The translations under genes were made by a program, and so were the position numbers. Below, piece by piece: positions 8,566 to 15,794 of a stretch of DNA of 64,000 bases. Each line of letters opens with the position of its first letter. The stretch's first letter is position 1. Below the pieces are notes generated by a model. That model saw only the letters and a program-made list of their open reading frames with translations. It was not told the DNA's origin and made no database searches. Source of the stretch: an uncultured beta proteobacterium (GTDB lineage: Bacteria; Pseudomonadota; Gammaproteobacteria; Burkholderiales; Gallionellaceae); assembly GCA_963733265.1 (NCBI GenBank), contig CAVTCF010000006.1, positions 57,269 to 121,268 of the forward strand, given 5' to 3'.

Positions 8566-8853
8566 ATGACCGGTGAAATGCCGGTCTTGTTGTATATGAA
8601 TGAAATTCTTCTGTACCTAAAATCACATGGCGAAATAGACGATACTGAGATCGCTGCTGCGACCGGTTTTTCACTTGATTTAACTCGACTTCATTTGGTC
8701 GAGTTGGCTGCAAAAAATGAAGTGATGATTTGTCAGTCAACACGCTATGTGAAGGGAATAAAGATAGAGAGTATGAGCTGTCGAATTAGTGGATTTATTC
8801 CCAAGGTTGCACCGGGTAGAAAACCCTCGCGAGTAAACTTAAAGTTGTCGTGA
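8566..8853 (+). CDS. hypothetical small protein, possible winged-helix
   Basis: 95-aa ORF starting 9 nt after the HU stop. ..ILLYLKSHGEIDDTEIAAATGFSLDLTRLHLVELAAKNEV.. looks like a wHTH. Confidence 0.4.
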   Translation: MTGEMPVLLYMNEILLYLKSHGEIDDTEIAAATGFSLDLTRLHLVELAAKNEVMICQSTRYVKGIKIESMSCRISGFIPKVAPGRKPSRVNLKLS

Positions 8854-8939
8854 GCAATGTTAATTATCAGCAAAAATGAGTGGCTGCTTCACTGCACATA
8901 AGAGCCATATTTTGTTGTGATGGATGAGGGACTGCCACC

Positions 8940-10540
8940 GGCCGATTGTGTTGAAAAACTCCCTCGATTTTTGACGCTGAGAATGGTACAATTTCTCCTG
9001 TCTAAATAAGCTGGGAGCCTTGATATGATTGGGTTACAGACAGATCAGCAAAAACGTCTTTTCTACTCTTTTGACCTTGAAGAACAGGTCCCTCAAAATC
9101 ACCTCCTTCGCGGCATTAATCGCCACCTCGATTTAAGTGAATTTCGGCAACATCTTTCTGAGTACTACAGCCATACCGGCAGACCCTCAATTGATCCTGA
9201 ACTAATCATCCGAATGCTGATCATTGGTTACAGCTTGGGTATTCGTTCCGAGCGTCGTCTTTGTGAAGAAGTACATCTGAATCTGGCATATCGCTGGTTC
9301 TGCCGTTTGGGTTTGGAAGATAAGGTTCCTGATCACTCCACCTTCTCCAAGAATCGTCATGGTCGCTTTCGTGAGAGCGATGCGTTCCGTCACTTGTTTG
9401 AGAGTGTGCTGCAACGTTGCATGACCGAGGGACTGGTGCGCGGGGAAGGATTCGCCACCGATGCCAGTATCATCAAAGCAGATGCACAGCGTGAGCGTGG
9501 TCTAAAAGGTGAGAGAGCGATGGATTGGTGCAAGCGCGAGGAAGCGATGCGCCCGGTTCGCGAATACATTGCTGCGCTGGAAGAAGCGAACGATACACCT
9601 GAGCCAACGAAAATGATTTCAATGACGGACCCCGCCTCAAGTTGGACTGCTGCACCAGGTGGCCCCGCATTCTTTGCCTATTCGACTAATTATCTGATTG
9701 ATCTTGAAGCTGGCATCATCGTCGATGTTGAGGCTTCCGCTGTCAACAAGGCGGCAGAGGTCGATGCAACCAAGACCATGATCGAACGTGTCGAAGAGAA
9801 ATTCGAGATCAAGCCGGATCGCTTGGTGGGTGATACGAACTATGGATCTGCCGCCATGCTTGGCTGGCTAGTAGATGAGAAGAAGATCGCGCCCCATACC
9901 CATGTAGCCGGTAAATCGGAGCGAAATGACGGGACACTTTCTCGCAGTGATTTCCAGTGGGATGAACAAGCCAATGAATACCGCTGCCCGGAAGGGCATG
10001 CGTTACGCTGCGATTGGCGTCCGTTCAAGAATCCTCGTGATCGAATTACGAAAGCCGATACGATTCTCTACCGCTCAAGCCAACCAGACTGTGCAGCATG
10101 CCCGAATAAGAATCGCTGCTGTCCGAACACACCGATTCGCAAAATCCCACGCAGTATTCATGAAAAGGCCAGAGACGTTGCACGAGCCATAGGAAAAACA
10201 GATGCCTTCAAGGAATCATGCAGGCAACGTAAGAAGGTCGAGATGCTCTTTGCGCATTTGAAGCGCATCCTAAATATGAACAAGCTGCGATTAAGAGGAT
10301 TCAGCGGGGCGCAGGATGAGTTCCTGCTGGCGGCGACTGCGCAAAATCTGCGACGAATGGCCAAATGGCTAGTACCTGATGCACCGGAGAAGAAAATAAT
10401 GCCTGCTTAAAGGCCAATAGGGGAAGTCGAACCGTCAAATCTAATCTTGCAAATCTGCGAGAGCTACTAAATAAAATTTAAATCAAACTTCAGCCCGAAA
10501 AACGGTAAAATATTTCCAGAGTTTTTCAACACAATCGGCC
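8940..10540 (+). mobile_element. IS1182-family (IS5-superfamily) insertion sequence, complete
   Basis: Perfect 22-bp terminal inverted repeats: GGCCGATTGTGTTGAAAAACTC at 8940-8961 and its reverse complement at 10519-10540. They bracket a single transposase ORF. I see no obvious target-site duplication. Confidence 0.85.
9025..10410 (+). CDS. IS1182-family DDE transposase
   Basis: The N-terminus ..RPSIDPELIIRMLIIGYSLGIRSERRLCEEVHLNLAYRWFCRLGLEDKVPDHSTFSKNRHGRF.. is the typical IS5/IS1182 N-domain. The C-terminus ..EMLFAHLKRILNMNKLRLRG.. is the typical tail. Confidence 0.85.
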   Translation: MIGLQTDQQKRLFYSFDLEEQVPQNHLLRGINRHLDLSEFRQHLSEYYSHTGRPSIDPELIIRMLIIGYSLGIRSERRLCEEVHLNLAYRWFCRLGLEDKVPDHSTFSKNRHGRFRESDAFRHLFESVLQRCMTEGLVRGEGFATDASIIKADAQRERGLKGERAMDWCKREEAMRPVREYIAALEEANDTPEPTKMISMTDPASSWTAAPGGPAFFAYSTNYLIDLEAGIIVDVEASAVNKAAEVDATKTMIERVEEKFEIKPDRLVGDTNYGSAAMLGWLVDEKKIAPHTHVAGKSERNDGTLSRSDFQWDEQANEYRCPEGHALRCDWRPFKNPRDRITKADTILYRSSQPDCAACPNKNRCCPNTPIRKIPRSIHEKARDVARAIGKTDAFKESCRQRKKVEMLFAHLKRILNMNKLRLRGFSGAQDEFLLAATAQNLRRMAKWLVPDAPEKKIMPA

Positions 10541-10556
10541 ATCTCGGGACGTTCGA

Positions 10557-11795
10557 CTATGGCCGCTTGTATGGTTGGGCTGGTGTGATTGGTTTTTTTC
10601 TGTAATAGTTTAAAAGCCGAGGTGGAGGGGCCTATGGCCGCATCTGCTCTCCTTGCTGAGAGACAGACTCGCAAAGAATTCCCCCACCCACACCACCCAG
10701 CGTCGATGAGGAATCTAGCGGCTACGACCGCCGATTTGACCGCAAGCTAACGCCGGTGTGTCCACCCCAGCATCCTTGATCTTAATCACAGGAGACACAT
10801 CATGCAAACTCCAACCAAAATACTTGATATTGGCGGCGATGTCGCCAAGGATGAAATCGTCGTGGCCTGTTCGGAGGGAAGTTTTCCAACACGCCCACTC
10901 GCGAATCAGCGCACTGCTTTGCGGGCCTTTCTCAAGAAGCTACCTGCTGGCAGCCGCATCGGCATGGAATCCACCGGCATTTATCACGAGCTGTTTGCCA
11001 ACTTGGCTCACCAGCTTGGCTTCATCGTTTTTATACTTAATCCCAAGGATGCCCGCAATTACGCCAAGGGTGTTGGGATGCGTGGCAAGACCGATCGGGT
11101 GGACGCAGAACTTCTAGCACGCATGGTCGCACACGAACACACCAAACTACACGCCTGGATTCCGCCCACACCGGAACAATACGAGATTGCCCAGTTGATC
11201 AAACGCCGCGCCAAAATGACTTCCTTGCGTGCAGCACTCGGCATGTCGCTCAAGGGCGTGGATGGCTTTGGTACTGATCTCAAGTCGCTTAAAAAGCACT
11301 TCAATCAAGTCATTGCGCACATCGACCAGCGCGTCAAAAAGCTTGTCGAGGCAAATCCAGATCGCAAACAGCATGACGCGAATTTGCGCACGATCGACGG
11401 CGTCGGTCCGGTAGTTAGTGCTGCGCTCGTTAATGCGCTTGACCGTGTGCCCGTGAAGAACGCAGATGCCTTTGTTGCGTTCACCGGCTTGGACCCCAGG
11501 CCGGATGACTCCGGGCAGCATCGCGGCAAACGGCGTCTGTCCAAACGCGGCCCTTCCGAACTGCGACGTTTACTTTTTCTGGCTGCATTGTCTGCTGCAA
11601 AAACGAAGGTTTGGCATCCGCTCTATGTGCACTATCGCGATAAAGGTCTACCAAGTACTGCAGCTTTGGTCATCCTGGCTCGGCGCATTGCGCGCACAGC
11701 TTGGTCGATCTACACCCATAAGACTGTATTCGACCCGAAGCGACTAATAAACGCCTTGACATAAACCATAGAATCTTTACGGCAGGCAATATGGC
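10557..11795 (+). mobile_element. IS110-family element (boundaries approximate)
   Basis: An IS110-type transposase is preceded by ~240 nt of non-coding leader and has almost no 3' non-coding DNA. TATGGC occurs at both putative junctions (10558-10563, 11790-11795). As expected for the family, there are no terminal inverted repeats. Confidence 0.35.
10802..11764 (+). CDS. IS110-family transposase (DEDD-type)
   Basis: The N-terminus ILDIGGDVAKDEIVVAC...GMESTGIYH is RuvC-like DEDD. The C-terminus ..IDGVGPVVSAALV... is Transposase_20-like. GGAG lies 7 nt before the ATG. Confidence 0.85.
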   Translation: MQTPTKILDIGGDVAKDEIVVACSEGSFPTRPLANQRTALRAFLKKLPAGSRIGMESTGIYHELFANLAHQLGFIVFILNPKDARNYAKGVGMRGKTDRVDAELLARMVAHEHTKLHAWIPPTPEQYEIAQLIKRRAKMTSLRAALGMSLKGVDGFGTDLKSLKKHFNQVIAHIDQRVKKLVEANPDRKQHDANLRTIDGVGPVVSAALVNALDRVPVKNADAFVAFTGLDPRPDDSGQHRGKRRLSKRGPSELRRLLFLAALSAAKTKVWHPLYVHYRDKGLPSTAALVILARRIARTAWSIYTHKTVFDPKRLINALT

Positions 11796-12397
11796 TATTT
11801 TAAACGAATTTCAACCCACCGATTTTTTGCTTCAGACTCGCCCTTTTTGTTAGTCACAAGTGGATCACGGCTACCTCGACCTACTGTAGTAACAAGTCTA
11901 GTATCAATTCCTTTAGCTTTAAGCATCTCAAATACACGAATAGCACGTTGACGCGAAAGCTCATCGTTGAAGTCATCGGTGCCGATCACATCGGTATGCC
12001 CGATTATAATAAGTTCAGGGGCAGGCAATTTCTTGATGTCACTCAACATATCCTGCACAATATTTTCTGATTCGGGTGTTAATTGCGTATCGCCAAAATC
12101 AAAGAACAACAAATAGGATCTAGGACTCGCAGGAAGCGCCTCAATCAGTTCTTTGTAACGCAGATTAATGGCTACTTCATCTACTTGCACCGTTCTAATT
12201 TCATTTTTGTTTACAGCTGCCACCATATAGGGGCGGTCAAGTACAACGGTAGCTCCTGCTTTTAATTGAACGACAACTGCGCTGGGTGAACCATCTGGTC
12301 GGGGCAACAAGATCACACGCTCAGAGGGTGTTGCACAACCAGCAATTTGCATCACCGCCATAAGACTGAATATAGGAAAATATAGCTTATTTGACAT
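11795..12397 (-). CDS. OmpA-family lipoprotein
   Basis: The start MSNKLYFPIFSLMAVMQIAGC carries a lipobox. The C-terminus ..FDFGDTQLTPES...IIGHTDVIGTDDFNDELSRQRA...NRWVEIRL is the OmpA_C peptidoglycan-binding signature. Confidence 0.8.
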   Translation of the reverse strand: MSNKLYFPIFSLMAVMQIAGCATPSERVILLPRPDGSPSAVVVQLKAGATVVLDRPYMVAAVNKNEIRTVQVDEVAINLRYKELIEALPASPRSYLLFFDFGDTQLTPESENIVQDMLSDIKKLPAPELIIIGHTDVIGTDDFNDELSRQRAIRVFEMLKAKGIDTRLVTTVGRGSRDPLVTNKKGESEAKNRWVEIRLK

Positions 12398-12842
12398 CGT
12401 GAACCTCAACAATGAAGTCTGTACCACGAACGCCAATTACCGCTGTAGGTGTCGTTACCTTTATGGCTCCGGGATTCAACCAACCAATGAGGCCAGTAAC
12501 GAAGCGCAATGTACCTTTTAGTATTGATGTTTCGACCCGACCTTCTCGTGTAACTGGATTAAAGGAGTATCGGTCAATGACCATTACAGAATTTGGGCCA
12601 AGGCTAAGCAATGTTTCATCGCTCATGCTGATGCCGACACTGCTCCCCATTTGCACACTGACGCGATCATTTTCTTGAACAGTATCACCAACCTTCGCTT
12701 CTAATTGGGTAGTCCCGCGTTCAATTATTACCTGTCCGCGCACGGTCTTTATTATTCCAGCTTCGTAAGCAAATACAGGTTTTACAAAAACCAGAATAAC
12801 AGCACAGATAGCTATGAAGGCGGCCCAATTATGTTTATGCAT
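12387..12842 (-). CDS. FecR-domain periplasmic protein
   Basis: A signal peptide is followed by ..GIIKTVRGQVIIERGTTQLEAKVGDTVQENDRV...LRFVTG.. (FecR-like beta domain). It overlaps the downstream OmpA gene by 11 nt. Confidence 0.65.
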   Translation of the reverse strand: MHKHNWAAFIAICAVILVFVKPVFAYEAGIIKTVRGQVIIERGTTQLEAKVGDTVQENDRVSVQMGSSVGISMSDETLLSLGPNSVMVIDRYSFNPVTREGRVETSILKGTLRFVTGLIGWLNPGAIKVTTPTAVIGVRGTDFIVEVHDVK

Positions 12843-13303
12843 TTTTTTATGATTATTTTGAAAATGTCAGTCTGAATTTAGGATGTGGATCACCGTACGC
12901 CTGCCTTATTGCAAACACCGTGCGGAAGCACGCGGAGCATTCGACTACGAATTATTGCGACAAGTGAGTCAGTTCTAGGTACAAATCCACAGGTAATGCA
13001 GATTGATCCGCTTTTTTACATCAAATTGGTGCGGGTGAAGGACAGCTCGGTGCTAATGAACAGACGTAAATACCAGGGGATTGTCGGTGAGTTAACCTAC
13101 ACAGACTGTTGCGGGTTACCTGCTGCGGAAAGCGGATTTATTAAATTAGTGACCGGTGTTATTTCAGGTTGAAACTCACGTTGTGCAGAATGCTGAATGA
13201 GCAAGCTCTGCTAGGAACAGACTATTGAGGTTGCCAACCAATTTAATTAGTGCCACGATGTACCCAAGTAGAAATCGTTCATAGCGAAAGTAGGTCGCTC
13301 AAT

Positions 13304-13912
13304 ATGAGACAAGAAGACCCCACATTCATTGCTCTCTACGACTACACCAAGGCGTTGGCAGTTGCTCTGGGACATCGTGATCTATTAACGCGCCTTCATT
13401 CTGATCGCGTGTTTGGCCTTTCCGAGGAAATAGCGGTGGCTCTTGGGCTGGCTAAGAAGGACTTAGGTATTCTTAAAATAGCTGCTTTGTTACATGATGT
13501 TGGCAAAATTGGAATACCTGACAATATCCTTCTTAAGCCATCGAAACATGACGCGGTTGAATGGGAGAAAATGAAAGAGCACTCAACGATAGGTGAAAAT
13601 ATCATGTCTTCGATTGAAATCGAAGGCGCGCCTCGTGCCGCTCTGGTAATTCGACACCACCACGAATACTACAATGGACTTGGTTATCCAGATAGGCTCA
13701 TTGGAGAGGATATTCCAATTTGTTCACGCATTATCTCAATCGCCGATAGCTATGATGCGATGGCCGTAACAAGGTCATACCATAAAGCAAGAACGCATTT
13801 GGAAATCATGTCTATTTTACAGTCCGAAACGGGGGGCAAACACGATCCGAAACTAATGCAGTTTTTTTTCAAAATCATCGAATCCAGCAAATTTAAGGCA
13901 GCCACAAATTAA
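13304..13912 (+). CDS. HD-GYP domain phosphohydrolase (c-di-GMP phosphodiesterase type)
   Basis: ..HSDRV...LHDVGKIGIPD...HHHEYYNGLGYPDRL...IISIADSYDAM.. carries the HD and GYP motifs. The ORF also opens at 13250 with GTG, so the start is uncertain. Confidence 0.8.
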   Translation: MRQEDPTFIALYDYTKALAVALGHRDLLTRLHSDRVFGLSEEIAVALGLAKKDLGILKIAALLHDVGKIGIPDNILLKPSKHDAVEWEKMKEHSTIGENIMSSIEIEGAPRAALVIRHHHEYYNGLGYPDRLIGEDIPICSRIISIADSYDAMAVTRSYHKARTHLEIMSILQSETGGKHDPKLMQFFFKIIESSKFKAATN

Positions 13913-14216
13913 CTTTTTTAATAATTCCCCACAATCTTTATCGGAAAGTTGCCATGCCCACTTCGGGTTACCTGTTGCCAAAAGATGAATTTGAAATCGT
14001 ATGTCTGAAAGTTGTTCGACAACCGTCAGTCAATAGTAAGATAGACGAAAGACCATGTCCGGCCAACAACGGTCATAGGCGAGCGACTGCTTTGCTGCAA
14101 GGAATTGGGTAACTTTTAGACATTCCAAATCAACTTCAGCAACACAATTACTTTTCGGCGATTGTTATTCAGGAAGGGCAGGCATAAAATAGCTTACTAA
14201 TCACAAAAATACTTAT

Positions 14217-15719
14217 ATGCCGAGTAATTGTCTTGTTGCCTGGATGGGGCGAACCGATCTTAAAGCTGCTGCGGGTGAGCGCGAGGCTGGCCTCGGCCCC
14301 ATTGCGCAGGGTGTGCAGGCGGGCAAGTACGATTCAATCTATCTTCTCAGTGATTTTTCGGCAGCGGAGTCGAAAGCTTATATCAAGTGGCTGACACCTA
14401 AGACAGATGCGGCGATTCACCTCCGCACAGCCAAGCTGACATCGCCCATCAACTTCGGTGAAATTTATGAGCGTGTATTGGAGGTGCTGGAGACAATTGA
14501 TCGGCACGGAGCGCAACTAACCTATCACCTTAGTCCCGGCACTCCGGCCATGGCCTCGGTCTGGATACTGTTGGCGAAAACGACCCACCCGGCTAGGCTG
14601 ATTCAGTCATCCCCACAATCAGGCGTCCAGGAAGCCGACATTCCTTTCGATATTGCCGCCGAATTTATTCCCAAGCTTCTGCAACAATCTGATGAGCGGC
14701 TAACTTCTTTGGCACAGGGTACGCCAGAAGAGAGTGCGGAATTCAGCAGCATCATCCATCGTAGCGCAGTCATGAAGCGAGTAATCGCGCAGGCCAGGCG
14801 CGTGGCCATCCGCTCGATCCCGGTGTTGATTGAAGGTGAGAGCGGCACGGGCAAGGAGTTGATGGCTCGCGCCATCCACAAGGCCAGTCCGAGAGCGGAC
14901 AAGCCTTTCATCGCAGTCAACTGCGGTGCAATTCCGCCCGAATTGGTGGAGTCCGAATTCTTTGGCCACAAGAAGGGCTCCTTCACTGGCGCAGTGGCCG
15001 ACCGCAAGGGCCACTTCGAACGCGCCGACGGCGGAACCATTTTTCTGGATGAAATCGGTGAGCTACCCAAAGCGATTCAGGTCAAGTTGCTGCGTACACT
15101 TCAAGAAAGTGAAGTCACTGCTGTCGGCTCCAGCGAGCCCAGAAAAATCGATGTCCGTGTAGTTGCTGCCACCAACCGCACGCTGATCAACGAGGTTGCC
15201 GATGGCAATTTCCGTGAAGACCTCTTTTATCGACTGGCGGTAGCCATTATAAAATTGCCGCCATTGCGCGAACGGTCTGGCGACATTTCATTACTGATTG
15301 ACGTGCTCTTGCGACAGGTAAACAACGCAGCTACGGATATAGGTATCAAACATAAGAAAATTTCTGTATCCGCAAAAAACCTTATGCTTCAGCATGTCTG
15401 GCCGGGCAATATTCGTGAACTGTTCAACACCTTGCAGCGAGCTGCCGTCTGGTCAGACGATGAATCCATTAGCTTAGAAGCAATCAAAGACGCGATATTG
15501 CTGTCACCCAAGGCAATGCGTGGTGATGATGGCATTTTGAATCGCTCCTTAGAGTCCGGCCTTGAGCTGGAAGCACTTATGACTCAGGTAGCACGGCATT
15601 ACATTGAACGGGCACTCGATCATACCCGTAACAACAAGACGCAAGCCTCTAAACTGCTAGGTTTTGGTAACTACCAGACCTTCACTAATTGGATGAATCG
15701 CTACGGTGTAGAACGATGA
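14217..15719 (+). CDS. sigma-54-dependent transcriptional activator with RtcR-like (CARF-type) N-terminal sensor domain
   Basis: AAA+ core: GESGTGKE, GSFTGA (a GAFTGA variant), ESEFFGH, RTLQESEVTAVG. C-terminal Fis-type HTH: NKTQASKLLGFGNYQTFTNWM. The N-terminal ~150 aa (..SIYLLSD...LSPGTPAMASVWILLAKTTHPARLIQSSP..) resemble the RtcR N-domain as I remember it. Confidence 0.85.
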   Translation: MPSNCLVAWMGRTDLKAAAGEREAGLGPIAQGVQAGKYDSIYLLSDFSAAESKAYIKWLTPKTDAAIHLRTAKLTSPINFGEIYERVLEVLETIDRHGAQLTYHLSPGTPAMASVWILLAKTTHPARLIQSSPQSGVQEADIPFDIAAEFIPKLLQQSDERLTSLAQGTPEESAEFSSIIHRSAVMKRVIAQARRVAIRSIPVLIEGESGTGKELMARAIHKASPRADKPFIAVNCGAIPPELVESEFFGHKKGSFTGAVADRKGHFERADGGTIFLDEIGELPKAIQVKLLRTLQESEVTAVGSSEPRKIDVRVVAATNRTLINEVADGNFREDLFYRLAVAIIKLPPLRERSGDISLLIDVLLRQVNNAATDIGIKHKKISVSAKNLMLQHVWPGNIRELFNTLQRAAVWSDDESISLEAIKDAILLSPKAMRGDDGILNRSLESGLELEALMTQVARHYIERALDHTRNNKTQASKLLGFGNYQTFTNWMNRYGVER

Positions 15720-15740
15720 AAAAAGAAAAATCCGACAAGC

Positions 15741-15756
15741 TGGCACGTAGATTGCT
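15741..15756 (+). promoter_or_regulatory. sigma-54 (-24/-12) promoter
   Basis: TGGCACgtagaTTGCT matches TGGCAC-N5-TTGCW exactly. It lies about 20 nt after the activator stop and 40-100 nt before the possible hsdR starts. Confidence 0.7.
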
Positions 15757-15794
15757 GAGATGTGTGCATCCAGTAATTTTATGCAAGAAACATT

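Noticed and set aside
8940-10540. Target-site duplication flanking the IS1182-family element.
   Set aside because: The flanks (..ctgccacc | IS | atctcggg..) show no direct repeat. This family can transpose without a clear duplication, so I make no inference about recombination between copies.
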